Assembly: GCF_022539665.2 (NCBI RefSeq)
Contig: NC_081331.1
Coordinates: 1,922,001 to 1,986,000, forward strand
Length of the DNA stretch: 64,000 nucleotides
Source of the DNA: Daphnia carinata
Taxonomy: Eukaryota
Direction: 5' to 3'
The notes beneath the pieces are model-generated. The model saw only the letters and a program-made list of their open reading frames with translations, did not search any database and was not told the origin of the DNA. Both the position numbers and the translations under genes were made by a program. Numbering within the stretch: position 1 is the first letter of the stretch; every line of letters begins with the position of its first letter. This document shows positions 52,401-64,000 of this stretch, one piece after another.

Positions 52401-55400
52401 CGGCTACTGATGAGAGAGTCTCTTGTGAATGCACGATTTTTTTTTTTTTTTTTTGTATGTTCCCGCTTGTATTTTTCAGTGTTTTCTTGTTATCCCGATT
52501 TGCCAAGTGTGTTGTCGTCGTGTTGCGTATCTCGTTTCAAATCAAAAATGATTGTCTATCAATAAGTCTACGTCGTTTACAGTCGGGAGACCACCGGTAG
52601 GATCCTCGAAAAAAAATCAGTAAGTTTTTTAGGCTCTTCATTCGACCTCGCTACTATCTTTTGAATTGATCGTGAACTATTCGCATTGAACTTGCAAGAC
52701 TCTTTCATTACGAAACGAGAGATGATCTAACGGCTGGATACACCCGCCCTGCCAGTTGGCCAGAGGTGGTAGATGATAGGGCTCCCCTAGTGTTAGACAG
52801 TCATAACATACGACGTCACGGCAATGATTACCCCACGCGCGAGTGGAGCCGACTCGCTTTTATCGAATGAAAAGTGAAACAGCGTTTCATCAAGTCAGCC
52901 ACGGTCGACTTCACTGAATTTAGGCAGCCGACCGTGTGTGGGCCACACGTTCGGACCAACATCGTTTTGTATAGACTATCAAATTGATTCGAAATAAACG
53001 ACCTAATTCGACAGCACGAAAACCCGGGTGTGATTGAACGGGTAAGTAGAGGATGCGAAAGTTGTGCTGATGAAATCATTCCTTCGTTTTTCTTGGAATA
53101 TTTTCGTCTAGCCCGTTGAACGCAGCGATCTGTATAAACTAGGTCGGACAACAACAACAACAAAAAAAAATGATGACGCGTACGCTTTTTCTGGTTCATT
53201 TTTCATGGGCTGGCGCCACATAAACAACTACTTATTTACAACACGACTGTTGTTTTTCTTTTTTTTCCATTTCTCATCGACTATACGGGAGGTTTGCTAT
53301 GGAAACGCGTCCGCGTTGTTTTTTTCCTGGTATGTTTCGTATTCTACGTTAACGTTGCCGGTTCGGGATAACAAGGAAATAAAGGTCAGCTGGCATTGAA
53401 AATGTACGAAGCCATTTCTTATTATTATTATTATTTTTTTTTTACGGTTTTGTTTGTGTGTACATCTACAATCTAGCGATGTGAGTGATGATGTTCAATT
53501 ATTTAAAAGAAGTGGATGGATTCCAGTTGTCCGTACACCATCCACCAGCATTCTTTTTTCTTCTATCCTTTTTTGAATTTTGAGTGAACCAACCAATTTC
53601 CCCCATCGATCAGAACGAAATGTGTTTTAAAAACAAGTGGGTTTGGCTTTTCTTTTATTCTTTCTTTTTCGCGATTTACCAGCGAAAAAGGCACAACCGA
53701 CTTGGGACAAGCCAAAAAAAAAAAAAAAAGAGATGAGTTTAAGACACGAAGGAGAATCGATCAAGAACATGGAACAAACCACACGCCCAAAGGCTTCGCG
53801 ATGAGCTCTCTTTCTTTAGGTGAATGGCACCTCATGAGGCGGAAAACTGTCTCAAAAACAAGACATCCACCTTGAAGGAAAAACACGCTCGAGCTCTAAG
53901 TTACGGTCGTTGCATTCAGACTGACAAAAAGATCAATAGCACGATCACGAAACCAAACGCGGCCAGATTTGAATTGAATCCTTCTGTGACGTCTTTCCCT
54001 CGATCCTCTTGGGCCATCACGTTCAAGTGGCTCTCACCATTCTGCGAATCAAAGATCCTGTTTTGATCCCCTTTCCCATTTTTTGTTTTGGTTTCTGTCC
54101 TCAAAAAAAAACTGCCGTCGTTTTATTTTTCATTTTTTTTTTTTTATTTTTTTTTTTTTCGTCAGTCACCGCTATCCGCAAGTTGTTTTCTTTCGGTACA
54201 CAGCTGGATTGCGAGTAAGTAAAGGCGGTTGAGCGTGCGGCCGACGTGATGTTGTACAGATAAATGAAAAATTGTCGCACCCATGCCTGCGGCCGATCTC
54301 TTTTTCATTCCCAGTTATTGCTCTTGTTGTTGTTCTCTCTTTTCGGTTGCGCTTGACCTGATTAGTTGATGAACGCAACTTCCCGCGGCCTTGCCCCGTG
54401 CGTTCTCACAACACATTCGTTCCGCCCAAAGTTTGAAAGACTATTTTTTTTTCACGCAATAATCATTTGAATCAACGGCTGCATTGAGTTGTTCGTGTTG
54501 TTGGCTGTGTTCTCTTTGAAATCTTTGCTCCTCTTGTGTCATGCGAATCGTCACGCAACTCGTTCGTATCTCGGATCGTTCTGGATTCGGATGGGCGTGA
54601 ATTTTTGTGTGCAGGTGCGTCATCGTGACACGCGTCGCCAAAACTGACTTTAACTAGCTAATAACAATGAATCTGTTGTTGTGTTATTACTGTTTAGCTC
54701 CTTAACAATTGGATTCTTGGCTCTGGCGCAAGTTTCGTTTATCTTTTAAATTAGAAGATAAGAAATACAATTAGAGAAATGAGTAGGAAATCCAAAATCA
54801 GAGGTCGATTGCCATAACGAAACACCAATCCGGAATAAACATCCAAACTAGGAAAAAAAAACAAAATCCAGAATGCCTTGAACAGAAAAAAAAAAAAAAA
54901 AAAAAAAGAACAGCTTCCAAACGCGTGTAGTGACTAGAAAAATGGAAGTCGAGATACGAGAATCAAGCGAGAGGAGGAGAAAAAAAAAAAAAAAAAGGAA
55001 AGCGGAAACATCGTATTACTGATCAGCGGGGAAGTGAACGGAAACTGCTGGGCAAGTTCAATTCTCCTAAATGGGAAGGACGTGGACAGGGTATCTCGGA
55101 TCAATTGTTCTAATCCAACGTGACTGCCATGCTAAATACAGAAGTAAAAAACGGGGAAAAGAAACATTGACTCATTACATCGTACATCGATTCACTTGCC
55201 TTTTGTCAAGGACGACGAGCCCTGTTCCATCGAATCCAGTTCACCAGAAAACTAGAAAACCAAAGGGGGGTCTGTCAGCTGAGGGAGCAATGGTCGATAT
55301 ACTTGGATAACCTTAAACCATATTTTAAAAATTCCATGGCCACTTTTGTGAAGGGTTGAAGTGAAATCATTTATTTAACATTCGCGCTAGCTCTGCGTCC

Positions 55401-57453
55401 GTTCACGACACGAGGATCCATTTAAAAAAAAAAAAAAAAAAAAAAAGTGAAGATTGGCTGGAAGGAACTTTGTCCATCGGCCATATTAAATATTGATATA
55501 TCGACGGAAGTTTCCGTTCTACTTCACGCAACAACAAAGCAATAAGCCGCCGAGAAATATGGGAGGAGAAAACACTTTCTACAAGATTCAAACGAAATCG
55601 TACTGCCCGACACAACCCAAAGGTTTTTTTACTAGGAGATTGCTCATCCGTCAAGAGAATGGCCCTGTCAGCTTAGACTGTGCTGCTCGTCCCACAAATG
55701 AAAGGATTTCTTTTTTTTTTTTTTTTTTTTTTTCTCTTCTCGATTTGTTTTGCTACTTCAACAGTTTCATTCCATGTCTACCAAAGTTGGCGAAGAAACA
55801 AGCAATAAAAACAATATTTCGCCCAAGCATTTTGATCAATCGAGTGCGTCGCTTGTTTGTTGATTGGCAACGTGCCAGCCACCAGCATTTCGTTCGTGAT
55901 CGGCTCGCCAAGAAGTAGCGAGAAAAAGACAAACACCTCGTTAACATTGGTGGCAACAGTCATCACAATGAGGGCAAACTAAAAAAAAAACGGTGAAGAC
56001 GAGAACGACCTCTCAAACGCATCCGCTCGTGCAAAAATGAGAAACTAGCGCCAACAAACAACGGTTTCTGCTCTTTTTTTCTACCGACCTTTCATGTTAT
56101 TCCGCAAGGAAAGACGTAGTCTCCGCCGAACGTTCATTTGTTTCCACATCACAAATTTTTTAGACGTTCTAATCAAGCCGTTCATCCGTCTCCTTTTGGC
56201 CGTCTTTTAACAGATACATCAAATGTTGTATAGTCGCCAATCGGCTCTTTTTTTTAAATGTATTTTCGTCTTTTCACCCGGTCTCCAACTTTTCCACGCT
56301 CGTTCCGACCACGCATCAACATCTCGTGAATAATTAGGCCAAACTTTTATCAAAAAGTTCCCTTTGGCTTAAAAAAAAAAAAAAAAAAACTCGATCCCAT
56401 TAGAAAACAGCAGCTCAGCAACTAATAAAAAAAAACAAAAAAAAAAAAACGTTTTATTTTGCTTTTTATTTTATCATCGCATGACGTCGCGATCCTATTA
56501 CTTTACGCAAATCAAGTTCGACTGCGAGTCAGACTTGGCGGCCCGAATTGGACGCTGTGCACACAGACAGAGCCATGAGACAAGCAGATGCAGCATAGCG
56601 CGCGTGACGCAATTCACGTTCGGCAGCCGGGAGATACGGCAGCGAAAAGATTCATACCAGCCCTAAAAAGGGTGTACGTTCCTTAATGAGTTGCTTGACA
56701 ACTAAAGCAAAAAGGAGTTTTGTTTATATGTTTTTCTTTTTCTTTGATAGATTAAAAAGAACTTACGTAATCCAAATATTAATCCGTTTTGCGGGGCATC
56801 GTGTCTTGATTCAATTAATTTCATGCTCGTGGGCTATGTTGTTTTGTTTTGTTGTTTTTTTTTTTTTTTCTGGAAATTGGGAACGCTAGCGCTGTTCGAC
56901 GTCGAGCGGCAGAACTGCTGTGTGCTGCGCTCGTGTATAGTCTGTCAGGAGTTTTAGTCGCTGCCGCCTGTTAAGAAAGATAAGGTTCGTCGGATAAGTG
57001 GCTCGTTAACTTGTGTCACTCACTCGTCTGTCGACTGAACCGAAGCAAAACTAGCCCTGATACGAGAGCGATTCTCTCGAGCAAAAAAGAAAAAGGGGAA
57101 ACATTGTGTTGAACGCACCTGACGTTCTTCTTCTTCTTCTTTCGTATTCTATTCGTTTTGAAGCCTCTCTTAATGGATTGATGTGCTAGCGGATCTTACG
57201 GATTAGGTGGTCACTGTGTCCGCACGAGAGAAACAAATTGTGAATTGGCATTTAACGACCGGAGATGATTGAAACACAACGGTGACATTCTTTTTCCCTT
57301 TTGGAACCCAGTGCTGTATATATGACGTGATTTATCTGTGATAATAATTATGTCTGATGTCTGATCTATAAAGAATTTTGAATTAATTTTTTTGTTGTTT
57401 TTGACTTTTGTTTTTTAAGAAGCGGGCGCATTTCTGAGGGTTCCAAATTGGCC

Positions 57454-57538
57454 ATGATTAACTCCGGCATATCAAGATCGTCTGCCAGCATGGACATCCC
57501 ATCGCCACCTGTTTCATGGACAACTCGCAGACAAACGG
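57454..57538 (+). CDS. Candidate first coding exon of a long-intron gene continuing downstream (product unknown)
   Basis: Polypyrimidine tract and AG at 57418-57419, gccATG at 57454, open frame MINSGISRSSASMDIPSPPVSWTTRRQT, donor g|gtaagg at 57539. No recognisable domain. Confidence 0.35.
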
Positions 57539-58706
57539 GTAAGGCATTTCAAATTTTTTTACTTAATAAGAGGAAACGCTGCCGAAATTTACGAAACAAA
57601 GAAAAAACAAACAATGAAAATGAAAACGGGAAAAATTGAAAAGAAAAAAAAAAAAAGACACGCCTCCCGCGTTCTTTGATTTTTTTGATACAAGGTTCCA
57701 ATCGATATCGGGAGTACGGTTTTTGATGGGCCACGTCCCGTTCGTGATTGCGGTATCGTTCGCCATCTATCATTCGTGTAGCTAAACTACAGGGATCGTG
57801 AATGTTGGCAAAAGGCAAGTTCCCGAAGGGGAACGGTACGTTCGTCTTATTGTCTCGTTGGTCGATGATAGATGTCGGCATTGGACGAAGCGGTTCCAAA
57901 AAAAAAAAATAATAAAATAAACGCCCAGACAAGCTAACAGAAACGCAAACATTATCGAGCAAAAGTCTGACTCACGGCTGCGTGTCAAATTTGAAAAAAA
58001 AAAAAAAAAAAAAAAACAAAAAAACAAAAAACAAAAACAGGTTCTTTTACAGTTTTACACATTTTCTGTTAGTAGGTCAAAATGCGATTAAGAATTTTTA
58101 ACGTTATCGCACGTACGCTCTTCTCTTGTTTTTGAGGCTCGCCTTATATCCCTTAAAAGAAATATCTGTAAAAGAGTGTGTTGTCTGTTCCTAACGATAC
58201 CATAAAATCTGGATGTTTTTGTCCAGTACGAAAGTGCGCGTGCTTGTTCAACGTCAAAGAGATCTATCGTTGGATAACGACAAAGACGAAACAACAAGCG
58301 AGAATCTTTTGGAAGCTTCTGCTTTATTCCTCTTTGTTGCTTGATGCTCTTATGGTCATACGTTGGTCTCATATTGAGTTCTCTTTCGGGGCGAACCCTC
58401 TTTCCCGCATCGGCTTATTGCTAGCCCGTCTCGACCGACAAACAACCAATACAATGTCGTTGGTTTCTGTTTCCTTCTACGTTAGTTATCCCACTTGCAT
58501 CGGATAAGTGACGCTTTGCCCGTTAGGTTTTTGTTTGCTACGTTTTTTCTTTTGTTCCACCGTTTCCTACCCGCTGGAGAAAAAAAAAGCAAAATAAAAC
58601 ACGCAAACACGAGAAAATGGGAACGAGTGGAAACACAGTAAACCACTGCAGGCGAAAACAGAATTTTCTAGATGGGGAAGACACTATTAAAAAAAATCTG
58701 CTGGCG

Positions 58707-58738
<32 letters not shown>

Positions 58739-61281
58739 TCTATTATCAGTGCGGGGAAGTTTTGGGGCTCACTGATCGATAACCTAGTAGTCGGCAAAAC
58801 AGTCCGGATTATGCGGGTTGTGGTGGGCGACTGCTTAAGGGACGGGCGTATTCTTTGGATGAGGAGCGTCTGTTGCTCGTTATTACATCCCGTGAACGTT
58901 GGCGTTGCGTTTCGTAGGATCTCAAAACCGCATTGTAAATCCCATTGGCGAAAAGCTGTTTTTCAACTTTTCCCTGATTTTGAAACAATTTCTTGTCATG
59001 TTCCTTTGTCGATAAAATGCGCGTTATAAAGAAATGTATAAAAATTGAATACGGATTTGAGTCGTCATCGCTAAGCCAAATGTTTCCTGTCTGTTCTTTT
59101 GCTCTCGTTCTCAAGCTGGATTATATGTGACATAGGTTTCCTTGGCCCGTCTCTCATCCCTTTTCTATACTTTTGTGAGAGCCTAATCGCGTTCCAGTCT
59201 TTCTTTAAGCTGCTTGTATTACGCTGTATGCTTTGGAGAATTTCAATGTTAGACGCCTAGTATTATCATGTCGTCTATGCGCAAGAAATGAAAGAACCGT
59301 AGGTTTCACATTCAAAGACATTTACGATCCGAACAAACTCAATGTGCTGTCTCGCATTTCACTACGGAGTCAGTCAAAGTTCAAGGCTGTTTTTCTTCTC
59401 CGGAAGCCAAACATTTTTCCAGAATTATTTCTTTTTCAAACGAGAGGAAAAACAGTCGGTTAAACAAAAAAAAAAAATTAAAAAAAATAAGGATACGATA
59501 GAAAGGAAAGTGGAGGAAGGCCAAAACGTTGTAAGAACATGCAGAAGAGAGCGTTTAGCCAGGTAGACAGACTGGCCAAGTGGCAGCAGTCACAACACGG
59601 AAGAAGTAAATGGAAGTGCACGCAGTAAAATCGGTTTGTCTGCCGTGCATTTGCTGCAACGATGTAGAGGGAAAAAACACGCCAAGTGGCTGTGCAACTA
59701 AAGCGAGTGCTCAGTGATCACGGATGCGGCTGTAAAAGGAGCGAAAGGCGAGCGCACGTCACGAACTGAATGAAACAGCAACAACAAAAAGGAACGAGTC
59801 ATGAATCGTTGTCTTGACATGGATCATACGAACGTTTCGTGTTAGCCTCGCAGTTGCAGGAACAGGACATGGAATGTTGCTGTTTGTTTTTTGTTTTTTT
59901 TGGCTCACGAATTCACTTGATTGAAGTTAGTGGCGGTTTGTTGCGTGCACAACTTTTTTTTTTTTTTAAATACATATTGATAATGAAGAAAGCGATCAAA
60001 AAAAATAAATAAATAAAACGTGCCAACGTCCCTCCGCAACAAGCTGGCGCATGGCGTTGAACAACCGAACCTCAAATTGGCTCTGTGGCACAACAAAAAT
60101 GACAAATGATGCAAGATTTCACTTGAATCGGTTTCTACCGGTTTCATTTTGTTCCTTTTTTTTTTGTTTTTTTTTTTGTGTTTTTCATTCGTTTTGTATT
60201 TCCGTGTGTGGCAATGCGATGCAATCGGGCATCTATTGGGTTTCGTTTTGATGGGGAGTTGAATAACTTGGAAGACATTTTTTGAACGTGAAACAAACAT
60301 GTATTTCGCTTGCGGGAGAAAAGCAGGGTGGTTCGCTTGTTCTTCCGCGTTTTCGGTTAAGAAAATCAATCAGGTAACGATTTCAGTTGCACAGAGAAGG
60401 TGGAGCAAAAGTTCAGAAAATGAGCCGACAGCGGTATCAGCCGAAGTCCGACTGATACCGCAATTGTCTTGTTGTTCGGGTCGCCGATCGAACAGGTCAA
60501 AAAACAATAGTGTCGGATGTCTGATTTTTTTCGTTGACCATTGAAAGTCGGCAACGGACATGCGAGTACAGCAAAAATAAATGTTTATATTTATTCTGGT
60601 AAGCGGGAAAAAAAAAAGCGGGAGGGAATGGCAAGTGGGCAAAGTCCAAAAGTCTTTGGGTACTCGAAAGCTATTTCGTTTCAGGGCGAAGTAGTAGGAA
60701 AGAAAAAGGTGCAATTCAATGGCAGCGAACAGTTCACTTGTCCATGCCCAACCCTGGGCATCTCTTAAAGGTGATTGTTATTTTTCTACTTTGAATTGCA
60801 TTTTTTTTTTTTTTTTTTAAACGTCATTTTTGTCGTAAGATCGTAATCTTCTTCTTTTTTTTCTTCACAGAGTATTTTGCGTTCTTCTATCGGCCTCAAT
60901 AAATTCATTTTAATTTCAGTTCTAGATTAGAATTTTTCTATTCAGCCCAATGGTGCACTTTATACCTAGCGCGTGTTTCATGAGGCGGCAAAAAGGGCTG
61001 ATTGTGGGAGGAAACTATTTCCGCACGCCATTGACGACCTCCCCAGATAACTGTTTCGTCGTTTATTTTTTATTTTTATTAACTCAGAAAACACAGAAAG
61101 GAATGTCCTAAAATAGATGCGAAAAAAAAAAAACAACACTATAAGTGAGAAAATAGTTGTATAGACACGGGGCATAACAACAGCTGTAGTCAAGGGCGCT
61201 CGATGTGTAGAAGAAAGTCTCCTTTTTTTCTTCTTCTTCTTCTAAATTTTCATTCGGGAGTTTTGTTGGCTGGTTGTACCC

Positions 61282-61313
<32 letters not shown>

Positions 61314-64000
61314 CTAGCGTGGGCGCTGACAGAGCCGCGGGACGGCCGGCCAATGAACCAGCATCAACCGAGTAAAGTTAGAGAAAGAGAGTGGGAGGGA
61401 GGGGGAAAAGGGGGAGAAAAAGAGCACAGACACACACGTAGACCCGGCACGTCAGACTGAACGCGACCGCCGTGCAGTCCACACGCACTGCGTTGCATCT
61501 CGTATTTATAATTTCATTTTTAATTTTGTTTTTTTTTTGTTTTGTTTTTGTTTTGTTTTTTGCCCGCGAACGTACGAATTGTTGTGCTGATTGCGTGTAA
61601 GAAGAAATTGTTTTGCTTCTTACTTTGGTGGAATCGTGCGTGTTGCTTGGCCGGTGGGGAATTGTTAGTTTGCGAAAAAAAAAAAAAAAAAAATTCTGAG
61701 GTTGTCCACCTTCTCACGTTCTTCTCATCGCTCACGGTGAACTCATCAGTGCAATTACCTTGTCCACGAATCGTTGATTCTGTGTGTTTTTCTTTTTTTT
61801 TTTTCGCTTTGGCCGTTTGCGAAGTATCAGCCGTCGTAAACTGAGACGGGCAAGCAAAAGGGAGAAAAGAAAAAGAGGAAGGGAAGCAAAAAGGAAAAGA
61901 AAAAGAAAAGCCTTTGGCCTTTGGTTTCAGAGCCAGAAGAGGACTCGGTCAGGCAATTGACATGTGCGTCTTTCGTTTTTCTTTCTGCGTCGCCTACTTT
62001 TCATGCGTTTCAGTTCAAGTGCTTGTGGTGTTGTTGAAATGAATGGCCTTCCTTGCCTCGTCCTTTTTGCGTCCGCCAATGGAAAAAAAGCTGGCCGCCC
62101 CCCCAAAAAAATCGCTGCTCTTCCATCTCTTTCTCGCAAAAGTCTCCGGTTTACCCAACGTCTAGTGCAACCCATCGCGCACAACTTGATGGATGGCTGT
62201 ACGGATGGTAAAAGCCCGATGGATGGGTAAAAGCAGCAGCAGTTAAGACGGAATAGGTTTTCAGTCTTTTAAAAGCGCGCCGAGGATTTCCGTTCTCTTC
62301 ATTTGTGGGTGGCTCGTTGTTGTCGTCGGTCGTCATATGCTCCCAAGAGCCCATCATCTTCCATTGTTGCCGCTAACTTCGACCCAACGACGTCATCGTG
62401 GCTTTTTCGCCGCACTACGCCGACGATAGTGGAGCCGACTTCGTGATTAATCGCTGCGTGCACTCGCCCACAGCCATGAAATTTTGGAATCCACCAGTTT
62501 TGGGCGTTACGGAGCCATAAAGATTTACTGTATTAACTAAATCACTTTTGCCGCAAAAGTGTTGGTTATTTCTTTTCTTTCCTATTTTAAGAAGAAAAAG
62601 AAGATAGAAAACAAATAATAATAATAAAAGTGGTGTACAAATCGATGCCAAACCCTGTGGGGATGGCCGCAAGTGTTAGCGCGGTCGTGTCACGCTGGTC
62701 GTGTTGTTGGTGGCGGGAGTGTGTGATTCCTAGTGTGCGTCATCACAGTGACAGATGATATGATGACGTCTAGCCTCAAGCTGAAAAGAACCAACTACTC
62801 ATCCTGCTACTATAACATACACGACACGCAAATCTCTCGAGCGGGCACACAACGTGACAATCCATCGTCCCCTATTGCACGAAAGAAGATTCACGAAAAG
62901 AAGAGCTAGCCCCTTCTTTTTTTTTGGTTTTCTTCCGAATTTCTACTTCGCGTTCCGTTTTTGTTTTGTTTTGTTTTTTTTTTGTTTTTTTTTTAGTGTA
63001 AAACAGTGAAGTTCCGCTCGTCGCTAAATGTCCTTACGTGCTGGCGTAGGATTTTCGTTTTTCTTTTGTTTTGTTTTGCTGACGCTTTGATTGTGAACGG
63101 AAGGATACGTCAAAAAGCAACGCCAAAGCGGACAGATTAAAAACTTTCAGAACTTTGGGGCTTCAGTGATTACGAATTGAATGTGTGCGTATGCTGGGAT
63201 GTTCCGCACTGAGGAAATAGCGTAGACAATCGATAACCTCAGCGAATGAAGAGAACCAGTATCTAACTGTAAACAATATTGTGCCAGCGTTCCGTCGGAC
63301 TGTGTGGATGGATTATATCAGGCGGCCATGCTTCTCTCAGCTGACCAGTGGACCGAATGACTTGTGGTGGCGGTCAGCCATGGGTCAGACCATGTGCTAC
63401 TTTGGACTGGATAAACGTACGTAACAAATGTGCAACAAGAAAATGAGTTTTTTTTTTTTTTTTTTTTTTTGGTTTTTTTTGGGTTTCCCTCTTGCCCCTC
63501 TTGCCCAAAAAGATTTTTTTTTTTTTTTTTTTTGGTTGAATGAAAAATTCAAAAAGCTTTTATCCATTCGTTTGGATATTGTTGTGTTGCGTCTTCGGCG
63601 GCTGTTGTCATCCAGTTTTCTCAGGGTGTTAGGTCGGATTCACTGGAGAAACAGGAAAGACGTTGATGGTCATAGCAACCTGATCGAAACAATGAATGTC
63701 ATAGCAACCGAATAACCGGGTTCCAGTTTCATTTTGGACTGATTTTCATTCGCGTTGTACAAAAAAAAACAAACAAAAAAAAAACGTTGCAGATTCGCAA
63801 GAGAATCATTTTTAATTTCACACTTTTTTTTTTTTTATATTTTATTGCCGATGACACTTTCCGCTCCGAACAGCCGTTGTCTTATTGTATATGCTCATTG
63901 ATCGTTTTCTTTTTGTCTTCACCTCTCGCGCTTCGCTGAGCCGACATTGTGTGTACGCGGATGTTATCACGTTCTAGCTGCTGTCTCATTGCTTATACGC

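Noticed and set aside
47000..64000. Numerous 60-150 aa F/K-rich ORFs (also in 1-13 kb)
   Set aside because: Translations of poly(A)/poly(T) and microsatellite tracts with no domain-like content.

Overview
Eukaryotic (intron-containing) genomic DNA, not prokaryotic. The ~60-75 nt GT-AG introns, abundant A/T homopolymers and tandem paralogues suggest a compact arthropod genome such as Daphnia (inference). Confident genes, all on the minus strand, are three tandem SLC34/NaPi-II sodium-phosphate cotransporters (26.0-28.5, 29.9-32.5, 34.7-37.7 kb) and HGSNAT (41.4-44.2 kb). The 1-13 kb and 45-64 kb regions look mostly intronic or intergenic, with one candidate coding exon at 57.45 kb. The most unusual part is an accessory island at ~13.1-25.4 kb. 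It holds (i) a decayed trypsin-like protease; (ii) a ~27-copy 148-bp tandem array whose unit is an exon plus a canonical short intron; (iii) a zig-zag A/A'/A inverted repeat carrying CTCF-like motifs; (iv) two degenerate paralogous genes arranged tail-to-tail around a ~600-bp near-perfect inverted repeat with hairpin-rich arms and three tRNA-like elements in the spacer. The SLC34 cluster also shows a near-intron pair, a 50-bp identical tract between paralogues and shared E-boxes. All coordinates and alignments were made by eye; no database searches were run.
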